From Nitrospinota bacterium (GTDB lineage Bacteria; Nitrospinota_A; UBA7883; JACRGQ01): a stretch of 53,233 nt of DNA. The position numbers and the translations under genes were made by a program. Shown in pieces: positions 1 through 9,316 of the stretch. Location of the stretch: assembly GCA_016200345.1 (NCBI GenBank), contig JACQEX010000058.1, forward strand, positions 1 through 53,233, read 5' to 3'. How positions within the stretch are numbered: position 1 is the stretch's first letter; every line of letters starts with the position of its first letter. The notes below the pieces were generated by a model. That model was not told where the DNA came from, did not search any database, and saw only the letters and a list, made by a program, of their open reading frames with translations.

Positions 1-57
1 AAACACAGGGCCGTCGCGGAATTGCGGAAAGAACTGGCGGATTTAAAAAATTATTAA
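1..57 (+). CDS. 3' end of an upstream gene, probably an ECF-type RNA polymerase sigma factor (partial)
   Basis: Frame 1 reads KHRAVAELRKELADLKNY*, resembling the end of sigma region 4 (..RKHRA..LR..L). Sigma factors are recalled to precede the following membrane-protein family. Only 18 codons visible. Confidence 0.45.
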   Translation, partial: KHRAVAELRKELADLKNY

Positions 58-67
58 AGGAGTTTTT

Positions 68-517
68 ATGTTTGGAAAAATGAGGTGCGACGACAAGAAA
101 AAGTGCGGCGAGGCGGGCGTTTTCTGCGGGTGCAGGTGCGCCTTTGGAATCGCAATCGCGCTTTTGTTCGTTTTTGTTTTCGGATACTTCGTACAACTGC
201 TCTGGAACTGGATAGTCCCGTCGGTTTTTGCGACCGTCGGAAAACTGGCCTACCTTCAGGCCGTGGGGCTTGTTGTTCTAACGCGCCTGTTGTTCGGGCA
301 TTGCGGAAGGCACGGGAGCCACGGACGATGGGGCTACAAAAAGCACGGCCACCATCACCACGACGACGATTGTTGCGGCGGCGAGAAGGAGGACGAATCG
401 TGTTGCTCCGCCCAGGACTGGAACCACTACGACGAATGGTGGAAGAAGGAGGGGGAGGAGTCGTTCAAGAAATACGTCGAGGGCGTGAAGGGAAGCGAAT
501 CAAATCCCCCTGCGTAG
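68..517 (+). CDS. Small membrane protein with His/Cys-rich C-terminal tail
   Basis: AAGGAG RBS; two hydrophobic segments with the conserved-looking LLWNW..P..F...AVGL..L.RLLFG motif; tail HGHHHHDDDCC...CC. Confidence 0.8.
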   Translation: MFGKMRCDDKKKCGEAGVFCGCRCAFGIAIALLFVFVFGYFVQLLWNWIVPSVFATVGKLAYLQAVGLVVLTRLLFGHCGRHGSHGRWGYKKHGHHHHDDDCCGGEKEDESCCSAQDWNHYDEWWKKEGEESFKKYVEGVKGSESNPPA

Positions 518-525
518 GTCTGTTC

Positions 526-557
526 CGGTGGGTGCGGCCTAAAGGCCGTGCCCACCG
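526..557. repeat. Single REP-like palindrome (family A)
   Basis: CGGTGGGTGCGGCC-TAAA-GGCCGTGCCCACCG hairpin; ends match the termini of the family A elements. Confidence 0.8.
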
Positions 558-584
558 TTTTATGTTGTGGGTGCGCCACCCTCT

Positions 585-750
585 GGTGGGTACACCCTTT
601 AGAGTGTACTTCGGCAGGCCGACAGAATTATTGTCGGCAACCTTCATCAGAGTAGCAGTGATGCGCGCTCCGATTTGGAATGCACAAGAATATAACCGTT
701 TACTGCCGCCGCTTGCGCGGCAATGCACAGCCTAAAGGCCGTGCCTACCG
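585..750 (+). repeat. Multi-hairpin REP/REPIN-like element, family A copy 1
   Basis: Begins GGTGGGTACACCCTTTAGAGTGTAC, ends CAATGCACAGCCTAAAGGCCGTGCCTACCG; both ends nearly identical to 17584-17680. Confidence 0.85.
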
Positions 751-842
751 AAGGCCAATCTACCTCCAATATTCATTGGGGAGGGACGCCAAAAGTCGCT
801 ATAATATCCTCCTAGAGAAAACAAACATTAGGAGGGTGCAAA

Positions 843-1379
843 ATGAGAAAAAGCGTTTTGCCGCTAGTATTGGCGGTTGTTCTTTTTACGTCGCCCGGTT
901 ACGCCGCGGACGAGGGCCTGCCCAACGGAACGCCCGCGCCAGAAATTTCCGGCCAGTATTCCGGCGGCAAGGAGTTTACGCTTGGAGCACTTTCCAAAAA
1001 TACGAAGGTGCTGGCCTTTTTCTCCGTTCGCACCACCACTTACGGCATATACCTCGCCAAAATTGCAAAGGTCGAGAGAAAACATCCCTCGATGCAGTTC
1101 GTGGCCGTGAACGTTGGCCCGGACACCTTTGCCGCCATGCTGGGTTCCGTAAAGATGCTAAAGGACAGGCCGTCCACGTTTGCCGTGGCGCCAGCCTCGA
1201 CTAGGGAGTCGTACAAATTCGAGAAGTTCCCGTACACCGTATTGTTGGACGAGGACAACAAGGTGGTTAAGTCTTTTTCCGGGGACCACGACGTAAGTTT
1301 CGACAGATTGGAAAAGGCGCTTATGCAGAAGGAAGTACACTCCGACATGAACGGGGCCTTTGACGAATTGGACAAGTGA
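843..1379 (+). CDS. Exported thioredoxin-fold (TlpA/redoxin-like) protein lacking CxxC
   Basis: Signal peptide; G..APEISG, FVAVNV and FPYTVLLDEDNKVV are typical of TlpA/AhpC-TSA folds; no Cys in the ORF; AGGAGG RBS. Confidence 0.7.
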   Translation: MRKSVLPLVLAVVLFTSPGYAADEGLPNGTPAPEISGQYSGGKEFTLGALSKNTKVLAFFSVRTTTYGIYLAKIAKVERKHPSMQFVAVNVGPDTFAAMLGSVKMLKDRPSTFAVAPASTRESYKFEKFPYTVLLDEDNKVVKSFSGDHDVSFDRLEKALMQKEVHSDMNGAFDELDK

Positions 1380-1398
1380 AAAAAAGGATTGTCGCGGT

Positions 1399-1427
1399 TT
1401 GACATGGTCTTGACCGCCGATTAAAAT
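1399..1427 (+). promoter_or_regulatory. Sigma70-type promoter for the M16 peptidase operon
   Basis: TTGACA (1399-1404), 17 nt, TAAAAT (1422-1427). Confidence 0.6.
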
Positions 1428-1435
1428 CAACGGCT

Positions 1436-1465
1436 CCCGCAACGGTGCGGGTGTTTTAATTTTTT
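1436..1465 (+). terminator. Terminator-like hairpin
   Basis: CCCGCA-ACGG-TGCGGG followed by TGTTTTAATTTTTT. Confidence 0.4.
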
Positions 1466-1482
1466 AGGAGAATCCAGCTATT

Positions 1483-3045
1483 TTGAAAGTGTGCGAAGTA
1501 ATATCAGGCGGAATTATTCGGACGGCCTCGGCCTTCTTCATTCTTATTTCATTTCTCGCGTCCCCGGTTTTTGCCGGAACGCCAAACGGCGCGGCACCGT
1601 CGCTGGAAAACAGCGTCAAGGAATTCAAGCTGGACAACGGGCTGAGAATACTAGTCCTTCGTCGCTCCGGCTCCCCGACGTTTGCCGGTTACATCCGGTT
1701 TTTGGTCGGCGGGGCGGACGAGAACGCCGGGCAGTCCGGGGTCGCCCACATATTGGAGCACATGCTTTTCAAGGGGAGCGAGCGAATCGGCACCTCGGAT
1801 TTCTCCAAGGAAAAGCCCCTGATGGACGAGGTCGAAAGAATCGGCGCCGAGATGGACACCGAGCGCAGGAAGGGAAGGCTCGCGGACAGGGAGAAGGTTC
1901 GCGCGCTTAAGGAGAAGCTGGAAAAAGCGATGGAGACGGAGCGCAAGTTCGTCGTGGAGGACGAGATAAGCGAAATTTACCAGCGGTTCGGCGGCTCCGG
2001 GTTCAACGCCTTCACCGCGAAGGACACCACCACCTACGTCATAAAACTTCCGGCCAATAAATTTGAGCTTTGGGCCTGGCTGGAGTCCGACCGGCTTAGG
2101 TCGCCGATATTGCGCGAGTACTACTCGGAGCGCGACGTGATAATGGAGGAGCGAAGGCGTAGCGTGGAGGATCAGCCGGAGGGCGAGCTTTACGAGCGGA
2201 TTTTGGCCTCCGCGTTCATAGCGCATCCGTACGGCGTGCCGGTCATAGGCTGGGAAAGCGACATAACGCTGATGCCGCTGGACTACGTTAAAAAATTCCT
2301 CAAGACGTATTACTCGCCGAACAACATGGTGCTTGTGGTAGTTGGGGATCTGGACCCGGACTACGTCCACGAGACGGTGAAATCGTATTTCGGCGACATC
2401 CCGCCCCAGATTATCCCCCCGCGAACCGCCACCGTGGAGCCGCCGCAGAACGGCGAGAGGAGGATAGAGGTGGAGTTCGAGGCGAACCCGCAGGTGATGA
2501 TTGCGTGGCACAAACCGACGTTTCCGGACAAGGAGGCCGTGGTTCTGGACGTGATTGACTTCATGGCCACCTCCGGTCGCACGTCGAGGCTTTATAAATC
2601 CCTCGTGTTGGAAAAGGGGCTTGCCGTATCCGTCGGCGGTTTCGACGCGCCGGGGGAGAGGTACGACAACGTATATATTATTCAGGCCACGCCGAGGCAA
2701 CCGCACGCCACCAACGAGGTTGAGGCGGCGATTTACGACGAATTGGAAAAATTCAAGACGACTCCGCTCACAGAGAAGGAGATGCAAAAGGTGTTAAACG
2801 GCATGGAGGCGGACTACCTGAGAAAATTGCAGTCCAACTCCGGCCTCGCGCACTATCTTTCGGAATACGAGATAGTGACCGGGGACTGGCGGAACATGAC
2901 GCGGTATCTGGACGAGGTTAGGAAGGTGACGCCGGAGGACGTGATGAATTTTGCGAAGAAATATTTTGTGAGGTCCAACAGGACGGTGGCGACGCTGGTT
3001 CAAAAACGCGGGCCGTCCGCCTTGAACGGGGGGGGCGGCAAATGA
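1483..3045 (+). CDS. M16 (pitrilysin/insulinase) family zinc peptidase, catalytic subunit
   Basis: HILEHMLFKG (HxxEH), NAFT..D.T.Y, ER..I.EERR, HPYG.PVIGW; signal peptide. Confidence 0.93.
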   Translation: MKVCEVISGGIIRTASAFFILISFLASPVFAGTPNGAAPSLENSVKEFKLDNGLRILVLRRSGSPTFAGYIRFLVGGADENAGQSGVAHILEHMLFKGSERIGTSDFSKEKPLMDEVERIGAEMDTERRKGRLADREKVRALKEKLEKAMETERKFVVEDEISEIYQRFGGSGFNAFTAKDTTTYVIKLPANKFELWAWLESDRLRSPILREYYSERDVIMEERRRSVEDQPEGELYERILASAFIAHPYGVPVIGWESDITLMPLDYVKKFLKTYYSPNNMVLVVVGDLDPDYVHETVKSYFGDIPPQIIPPRTATVEPPQNGERRIEVEFEANPQVMIAWHKPTFPDKEAVVLDVIDFMATSGRTSRLYKSLVLEKGLAVSVGGFDAPGERYDNVYIIQATPRQPHATNEVEAAIYDELEKFKTTPLTEKEMQKVLNGMEADYLRKLQSNSGLAHYLSEYEIVTGDWRNMTRYLDEVRKVTPEDVMNFAKKYFVRSNRTVATLVQKRGPSALNGGGGK

Positions 3046-4451
3046 GGCGTTTTGTTTTTGCACTTGCGATGTTGTCGTTCATTTTGCCGGTCGCCTCTTT
3101 TTCCGCCACCGTTGATCTGTCCGCGCTTAAATATCCGCAGTTGAAGTTTAATCCGCCCAAGCCGGAGCGCGTGGTTTTAAAAAACGGGATGATTCTTTAC
3201 CTGTTGGAGGACCACGAGTTGCCGGTCGTGGACATTGGGGCGATGGTTCGGATTGGAAGCGCGTACGTCCCGGCGGAAAAGGCGGGCCTTGCGGAGATTA
3301 CCGGGCGCCTTTGGCGCGCCGGCGGCACAAAGAGCCTGGCGCCCGGCGAGTTGGACGAGCGGCTGGAGTTTATGGGGGCGAGCATCGAGACCTCAATCGG
3401 GGCCGAATCAGGCTCCGCGAGCATGAAGATAATGTCCAAAAACCTCGACGAGGGGCTGAGGCTCTATGCCGACGTAATTCGGAATCCGGCGTTCGACGAA
3501 AAACGGTTTGTCGTGTTGAAGGAGCAGGTGGCGGACGGACTGCGACGGCTGGAGGACGAGCCGGACGCGCTGGTTGACCGGGAGTTTCACAAGCTGTTGT
3601 TCAAGGGTCATCCGTTCGGCGTCTCCCCGACCTTAAAATCGGTCGAGGGGGTTTCGCTGGAGGACTGCAGGAGTTTTTACCGGGAGCATATCGGGCCGGA
3701 AAGTTTCATGATTGGCTTGACGGGCGATTTTAAATCCGCCGACATAAAGGCGCGGTTCGAGAAATTGTTCGCCGGATGGGGGCGCGCCCCCAAGAAATTT
3801 GGCAAAATTCCCCCCGTCGCCGACGTCGGGGCGAGCGGAATTTATCTTTTGGACAAAAAACTTCCGCAGACTGCGATTCGCATCGGGCACCTCGGCGTGA
3901 GCAGGAAGGAGGCGGATTTTCAGACCGTGCGCGTTATGAACTACGTTCTCGGGGGCGGCGGTTTTTCCTCGCGTCTCATGAAGGACGTTCGCTCGGTGCG
4001 GGGGCTTGCCTACTCGGTTTGGTCGTATTTCTCGGGCGGAGACTCGGACAAGGGGGCGTTTATGATCGGGGGCGAGACGAAGGCCTCCACGACCGGCGAG
4101 TTCATAAGCGTTTCGAGGGATTTGGCTCGTGGGATGGCGGAGCGCGGCGCCTCGGCCTCGGAGGTCTCCGGGGCAAAAGAGGCGATAGTCAATTCGTTCA
4201 TCTTTGCCTTTGACAAGCCGACCGAGATAACCGGAAAATACATGTGGATGGAATATTACGGAATTCCCAAAAATTACCTAGAGACTTATAAGGACGTAGT
4301 TCTCTCCCTCACCCCCGGCGAGATAAACGAGGCCGCCCAAAAAAGGATTCACCCTGAAAAGTTTTTAATCGTCGTGGTCGGCGACAAGAGGGTGGTCGGC
4401 CCGCAACTCGAGAAGCTGGGGCCGGTTAAATTGCTGGAAGGGGCGGAATGA
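3042..4451 (+). CDS. M16 family peptidase, non-catalytic partner subunit
   Basis: M16 fold motifs (LKNGM, GGGGFSSRL..VR..RGLAYSV); no HxxEH; ATGA overlap with the previous gene. Confidence 0.9.
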   Translation: MRRFVFALAMLSFILPVASFSATVDLSALKYPQLKFNPPKPERVVLKNGMILYLLEDHELPVVDIGAMVRIGSAYVPAEKAGLAEITGRLWRAGGTKSLAPGELDERLEFMGASIETSIGAESGSASMKIMSKNLDEGLRLYADVIRNPAFDEKRFVVLKEQVADGLRRLEDEPDALVDREFHKLLFKGHPFGVSPTLKSVEGVSLEDCRSFYREHIGPESFMIGLTGDFKSADIKARFEKLFAGWGRAPKKFGKIPPVADVGASGIYLLDKKLPQTAIRIGHLGVSRKEADFQTVRVMNYVLGGGGFSSRLMKDVRSVRGLAYSVWSYFSGGDSDKGAFMIGGETKASTTGEFISVSRDLARGMAERGASASEVSGAKEAIVNSFIFAFDKPTEITGKYMWMEYYGIPKNYLETYKDVVLSLTPGEINEAAQKRIHPEKFLIVVVGDKRVVGPQLEKLGPVKLLEGAE

Positions 4452-4903
4452 AAAAAAAGTTTAAGGAGATTTTGCACACCATTCTGCACGGCAACGGCAC
4501 CCCGCACGACGTGGCGTTTGCGAGCGCGCTGGGCATCTTCATCGCTTTTTTCCCGATTATTGGAACGCACACGGTGCTGGCGCTGGCCCTTGCCTGGGTG
4601 TTTCGCGTCAGCCCCGTAATCACGCTCGGCGCCTCGTGGGTCAACAACCCGTGGACGATCGCCCCCATTTGCGGGGCCACTCTTTACCTTGGCGTTTTGG
4701 TCACGGGCGCGGACATCAGCGAGGTTACGATTAACTGGGGTAGTCTGCACTGGGAGGCGTTTCTTCAAATTATAAAAATCATCGGCGTCCCCTTCGTGGT
4801 CGGGGGCCTTTTGGCCGGCGCGGTTTTGTCGGTTGCGACATATTTCATCGTTCTACGCGCCGTCAAGGTCTACCGCTCTAGAATCACGGCGCCAACGCAA
4901 TAA
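4448..4903 (+). CDS. DUF2062-family membrane protein
   Basis: TPHDVA...ALGIFIAFFP..G.HT and W.NNPWT..P motifs. Confidence 0.85.
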   Translation: MKKKFKEILHTILHGNGTPHDVAFASALGIFIAFFPIIGTHTVLALALAWVFRVSPVITLGASWVNNPWTIAPICGATLYLGVLVTGADISEVTINWGSLHWEAFLQIIKIIGVPFVVGGLLAGAVLSVATYFIVLRAVKVYRSRITAPTQ

Positions 4904-6174
4904 TGGACCACATTTTCCGCTTTGGTCTGTTGATAGGCCTGCTTGGTTTGTCGGCCTTTTTTTCCGCGTCCGAGGTGGCGTTTTTCTCCCTTTCCCAAAG
5001 TCAGATAGGTTCGCTTAGGGAGACGGGGGGCAAGGCGGGCGAGCTGGCCGCGCATCTTTTGGAAAGGCCGAGAAAACTTCTGGTGACCATTTACATCGGC
5101 AACGAGCTGGTCAACGTCTCCGTTGCCGCCGTGTCCACGATGCTTGCCCTGCATTTTTTTAGCTCCGAATTGGCGGCGCTTGCGGTCGGCCTCAGCGCGT
5201 TCTGCCTGATGGTTTTTGGCGACATATCCCCAAAATCGTTCGCGTTTAAATATTCGCGCGAATACGCCCTTTTTGCGGCGCGCCCGTTGTCGTTTTTCGC
5301 GAAAATCGTGGAACCAGTCCAGAGTGTCATCACGTCGGCCACCAACCGTCTTCTAGCCTTGTTCACACCGGCCGGGGAGTCCGCCCATGCGGGTCTAACG
5401 GAGGACGAGTTCAGGGCCATCCTTCACCGCGGCGAGGACAAGGGCATCTTGGAAAGCGAGGAGAAGGAGATGATTCTGAACGTGTTCGAGCTTGGCGACA
5501 CGAAGGCGACCGAGATAATGACCCCGAGGACGGAGATATTCGCGCTCTCGGCGGACGACGGCGCCGGCACGATAATCGAGCGCGCGCGCCGGTCTAACCA
5601 CTCGCGCATTCCAATCTGCGGGAAAAATATCGACGAGATAATCGGCGTGCTTTACACGAAGGACCTTCTTTCCCAAAACGTGGAGACGGCTGACTTAAAA
5701 ATCGGCGGACTTATTCGCGAGCCGTATTTTATACCGCACACGAAAATGGTGGACGAGCTTCTGCGCGAGTTTCGGAAAACAAAAAGGCACATGGCGATTA
5801 TAGTCAACGAATTCGGCGGCACCGAGGGGCTGGTCACCATGGACGACGTTCTTTCCTACGTCGTGGGCGACGAGTCGCAGGCAAAGGGCGCGGACCAGTT
5901 CGCGCGGGTCGGCCCCGGTCTTTACCTTGTGCCGGGCCGTATGGCGGTGGAAATTTTCAACGACCGGCTGAATAAAAACATTTCGCAGGAGGACGTAGGC
6001 ACGGTGGGAGGTTTTGTGTTCCACCTGTTCGGCAGGGTTCCGCGATGGGGGGAGTCGGTGGACCACGACGGAATGCATTTCACCGTGAGAAAGATGAGGG
6101 GCGCGATTATTTCCGAGCTGTTGGTCGAGGTTCCGGAGAGGCCGCAGGGCGCGCATAACGGCGGGGGCGGGTGA
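4903..6174 (+). CDS. CNNM/HlyC-CorC family (DUF21-CBS-CBS-CorC) Mg2+/Co2+ transporter
   Basis: SAFFSASEVAFFSL, IGNELVN, IMTPRTEI, HSRIP, AIIVNEFGGTEGLVTMDD. Confidence 0.93.
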   Translation: MDHIFRFGLLIGLLGLSAFFSASEVAFFSLSQSQIGSLRETGGKAGELAAHLLERPRKLLVTIYIGNELVNVSVAAVSTMLALHFFSSELAALAVGLSAFCLMVFGDISPKSFAFKYSREYALFAARPLSFFAKIVEPVQSVITSATNRLLALFTPAGESAHAGLTEDEFRAILHRGEDKGILESEEKEMILNVFELGDTKATEIMTPRTEIFALSADDGAGTIIERARRSNHSRIPICGKNIDEIIGVLYTKDLLSQNVETADLKIGGLIREPYFIPHTKMVDELLREFRKTKRHMAIIVNEFGGTEGLVTMDDVLSYVVGDESQAKGADQFARVGPGLYLVPGRMAVEIFNDRLNKNISQEDVGTVGGFVFHLFGRVPRWGESVDHDGMHFTVRKMRGAIISELLVEVPERPQGAHNGGGG

Positions 6175-7439
6175 TGGCGTTTACGACCATGCTGGCTCTG
6201 GTTTTTTCGTGCATAGTGATGGAGGGATTTTTCTCCGGCACGGAAATAGCCCTTATTTCGCTCAACCGGCACAGGCTCGCGCACAGGGTCGAAAGCGGAA
6301 ACATCGCCGCAATATTGCTGGAACGGCAGTTTCGCTTCCCGGCGAACCTTTACGCCACCACCTCGATAGGGACGAACGTTTCTGTCGTTACCGGGACGGC
6401 GGTGATGACGGCGTATCTAAGCGAGTTGAAATTTCGCGACGCGGATTTTCTGGCGGTTCTCGCCATATCGCCGCTTACGTTGCTCTTTGGGGAAATATTC
6501 CCGAAGGCGTTTTTCCAGAAATGGGCCGAGAAGGCGTCGTACGCCGCCATCTATCCGCTGATAGCCGCGCAAAAGATATTCGCGCCCGTCAGGATAGTAA
6601 GCGCCGGCATCGCGCGTTTAATAATGTCCGCCTTCGGGATTGACGCGAGCCACGACCCGCGCTCGATAACCCACGAGGAGATAAAGAGCATATTCGCCGC
6701 CGAGAGGAAGGACATGGACCTGCATCCGGAGGAGCAAAAAATCATCAACAGAATTTTCGGCCTTAAGCATATAACCGTGGAGCAGTGCATGGTGCCGCTT
6801 ATTCACCTGACGGCGTTGGAAAAAAAAGAGCCGATGTCCGCCGTCCGCGCGAAACTCGAGGAGTCGAAGTTCTCCCGCCTCCCCGTCTTCAGCGAAAGGA
6901 TATTCAACATCGTCGGAGTGATAAACGCGTTTGACGTCCTAAGGTACGGCGACACGGCAAAGACGGCCGCCGACCTCGCGCGCCCCGCCTTTTACGTGTA
7001 TAAAAAGAAGAAGGTGGACGACCTGATGCAGGAGATGCAACGGGCCGGCGTGCAGATGGCCGTGGTGGTCAACGAGTATTCCGACGCGATAGGGATAACG
7101 AGCATGGAGGATCTCATGGAGGAGATTTTCGGCGAGATACAGGACGAGTATGACAAGGAGCAGGAGCAACCGCAGGCGCGGGAAATAGGGCAGGGGAGAT
7201 GGCTTGCCGACGGCGCGGTCGAGGTTGATTTTCTGAACGAAAAATACGGCCTAGGCCTTCCCAACGGCGATTACGAGACGCTCGCCGGATACGTGCTGAC
7301 CTTGCTGGACAGGATTCCGCGCAAAGGCGAGGCGGTGACGCACGGGGATTTTAAATTTGTGGTGAGGGACGCCACGGAGCGCGGGATAAAATCGCTGGAA
7401 ATGACAAAGATTATCAGGGAGAAAAAGGAAGTTGGCTAG
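6171..7439 (+). CDS. Second CNNM/HlyC-CorC family protein
   Basis: EGFFSGTEIALIS, FGEIFPK, FSRLPVF, EDLMEEIFGEIQDEYD, YETLAGYV. Confidence 0.93.
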   Translation: MMAFTTMLALVFSCIVMEGFFSGTEIALISLNRHRLAHRVESGNIAAILLERQFRFPANLYATTSIGTNVSVVTGTAVMTAYLSELKFRDADFLAVLAISPLTLLFGEIFPKAFFQKWAEKASYAAIYPLIAAQKIFAPVRIVSAGIARLIMSAFGIDASHDPRSITHEEIKSIFAAERKDMDLHPEEQKIINRIFGLKHITVEQCMVPLIHLTALEKKEPMSAVRAKLEESKFSRLPVFSERIFNIVGVINAFDVLRYGDTAKTAADLARPAFYVYKKKKVDDLMQEMQRAGVQMAVVVNEYSDAIGITSMEDLMEEIFGEIQDEYDKEQEQPQAREIGQGRWLADGAVEVDFLNEKYGLGLPNGDYETLAGYVLTLLDRIPRKGEAVTHGDFKFVVRDATERGIKSLEMTKIIREKKEVG

Positions 7440-8475
7440 AATATCCGCGAGTGACGCGCTGGCGCTTTTCCAAGAGAGCGACCTTTTGGGGCTTGGGCAA
7501 AGGGCGGACGAGGCTCGAAAACTGCTCCACGGGGACGGCGTCGTAACCTACATCATAGACAGAAACATAAACTACACGAACATCTGCGTGTCCGGCTGTC
7601 TTTTTTGCGCGTTTTATCGCACGGCAAAGTCGGGGGAGGGGTACGTTCTTTCCTCGGAGGAGATTAACGAAAAAATCGCCGAGACAAAAGATGTGGGCGG
7701 GGTGCAAATTCTCATGCAGGGGGGACTGCACCCAACGTGGAGGATAGGGGAATACGAAAAAATGTTGCGCGAGATAAAGGCCGAGCACGAAATACATATT
7801 CACGCGCTCTCGCCGCCGGAAATATGCCACATTGCAGAGTTGAGCGGACTTTCGATAAAGGAGACGATTTCTCGCCTAATCGAGGCCGGTTTGGACTCCA
7901 TACCGGGCGGGGGCGCGGAGATTTTGGTGGACCGCGTGCGCTCGAGGCTAAGCCCCAACAAATGCAACGCTGACAAGTGGCTGGAGGTTATGCGCTCCGC
8001 GCACGGGCTGGGGCTTAAGACAACCGCAACGATGATGTTCGACCACATAGAGACGCTCGAGGAGCGCATTCGCCATATGGAGAGACTGCGCGAGTTGCAG
8101 GACGATACGGGCGGCTTTACGGCCTTCATCCCGTGGCCGTTTCAACACGGGGCCACGGCGCTGGGCAAAAGCGGGGTCGAGAAAAAAACCGGGTCGCTGG
8201 ACTATTTGCGGACGCTTGCCATAAGCAGGATAATGCTGGACAATATACCGAACATACAGGCGTCGTGGGTCACGCAAGGCTCCAAGGTTTCGCAGATGGC
8301 GCTGTTTTTCGGCGCGAACGACATGGGTAGCACGATGCTTGAGGAAAACGTGGTGAGGGCGGCCGGGGTTTCCTTCCGTCTTTCGGAGAAGGAGATTCGC
8401 GGGATTATAACCGACGCCGGTTTTGTTCCGCGCAGGCGGACGCAGGCTTACGCGCTCCTTCCGGAACCGGCATAA
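7432..8475 (+). CDS. mqnC: Cyclic dehypoxanthine futalosine synthase (radical SAM, CofH/MqnC family)
   Basis: DRNINYTNICVSGCLFCAFYR (CxxxCxxC), QGGLHP, SIPGGGAEIL, QASWVTQG, GANDMGSTMLEENVV. Confidence 0.9.
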   Translation: MARISASDALALFQESDLLGLGQRADEARKLLHGDGVVTYIIDRNINYTNICVSGCLFCAFYRTAKSGEGYVLSSEEINEKIAETKDVGGVQILMQGGLHPTWRIGEYEKMLREIKAEHEIHIHALSPPEICHIAELSGLSIKETISRLIEAGLDSIPGGGAEILVDRVRSRLSPNKCNADKWLEVMRSAHGLGLKTTATMMFDHIETLEERIRHMERLRELQDDTGGFTAFIPWPFQHGATALGKSGVEKKTGSLDYLRTLAISRIMLDNIPNIQASWVTQGSKVSQMALFFGANDMGSTMLEENVVRAAGVSFRLSEKEIRGIITDAGFVPRRRTQAYALLPEPA

Positions 8476-8515
8476 ACGTGCGGTTTGGGGCGGTTTGAAA
8501 AATGACGGTTGTATT

Positions 8516-8592
8516 TGTCACCCCGGGCTTGACCCGTGGTTCATTTCCGTTGAAATTTAGGTAATGGATCCCGCATCAAGTGCGGGATGACA
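8516..8592. repeat. Palindromic element, family B (RPE/MITE-like), copy 1
   Basis: TGTCACCCCGGGCTTGACCCG...TGGATCCCGCATCAAGTGCGGGATGACA; terminal TGTCA/TGACA; second copy at 46588-46665. Confidence 0.85.
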
Positions 8593-8630
8593 GTAGGGCG
8601 GGTTGATTAATATTTTTGGAGGCAATTGGT

Positions 8631-9164
8631 TTGAGACGATTATTAGTAACGGCAGTTTTATTTTTGCTGGCGTCGTCCGCAGTATCGTGGGCGTACGACA
8701 AACCGAGCGTGAAGGAGGGGGTCTCCGACGTTTCTCTCGCCCTTTCGGGCCAGACATACAGCGCCAACGGTTCGTCGCTCAGCGTCGTCCAGGCGTCCGG
8801 CTCATACGGATATTTTTACTCCGATAAAATGGAGGTGGGGGCCATTGCCGGGATGCTGGGAATGCAAAACCCCAAGAACAACATAAACGTTACCACCATC
8901 GCGCCGTTCGTAAAACTGCATTACGTGGATCCGAAGTCGGATCCGAACATGATTCCGTACCTGGGAGCCGACGTGCTTTTGGGCAACCTCGATTTTGGCG
9001 GCATTTCGCCTTCGATGATTGGGTTTGAGGTTCTTGGCGGAATGGACTTCTTCGTAAAGAAGGACGTAGCGCTTGGAATAGAGGCCGGGGCGAGTTTTTT
9101 CACCATATCGGGCGTGGGCGGCACTGGGTTCGCCATTCGCGTTCCGTTTAAGATATTCTTTTGA
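8631..9164 (+). CDS. Small outer-membrane beta-barrel protein
   Basis: GGAGG RBS before TTG 8631; signal peptide; amphipathic strands (PYLG); C-terminal Phe. Confidence 0.75.
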   Translation: MRRLLVTAVLFLLASSAVSWAYDKPSVKEGVSDVSLALSGQTYSANGSSLSVVQASGSYGYFYSDKMEVGAIAGMLGMQNPKNNINVTTIAPFVKLHYVDPKSDPNMIPYLGADVLLGNLDFGGISPSMIGFEVLGGMDFFVKKDVALGIEAGASFFTISGVGGTGFAIRVPFKIFF

Positions 9165-9166
9165 GC

Positions 9167-9316
9167 ATGGGCCACGGAGGTTTCTCGCCCTATCCCTACA
9201 TCGCCGTCGTGGTCGCGGTGATTGTCGTAAATATTTTTCTGCTGGTGCGTTTTTTGATAAAGGCCTCCAAGTGGGGGGCCGCCCCGCGCGACGACAAGGA
9301 GATTTCGCCGAAATGA
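9167..9316 (+). CDS. 49-aa single-pass membrane protein (not in the ORF track)
   Basis: ATG 9167 to TGA 9316: MGHGGFSPYPYIAVVVAVIVVNIFLLVRFLIKASKWGAAPRDDKEISPK; fills the gap exactly and overlaps rfbC by ATGA. Confidence 0.65.
   Translation: MGHGGFSPYPYIAVVVAVIVVNIFLLVRFLIKASKWGAAPRDDKEISPK

Noticed and set aside
526-750. Possible CRISPR array or tRNA in the clustered palindromes
   Set aside because: No constant direct repeat with unique spacers, no cas genes and no tRNA consensus; matches the dispersed family A repeat.
1651-2787. Long antisense or overlapping ORFs (e.g. 378 aa here, 32841-33908, 23011-23937)
   Set aside because: Shadows of well-supported genes in GC-rich DNA with no recognisable motifs.
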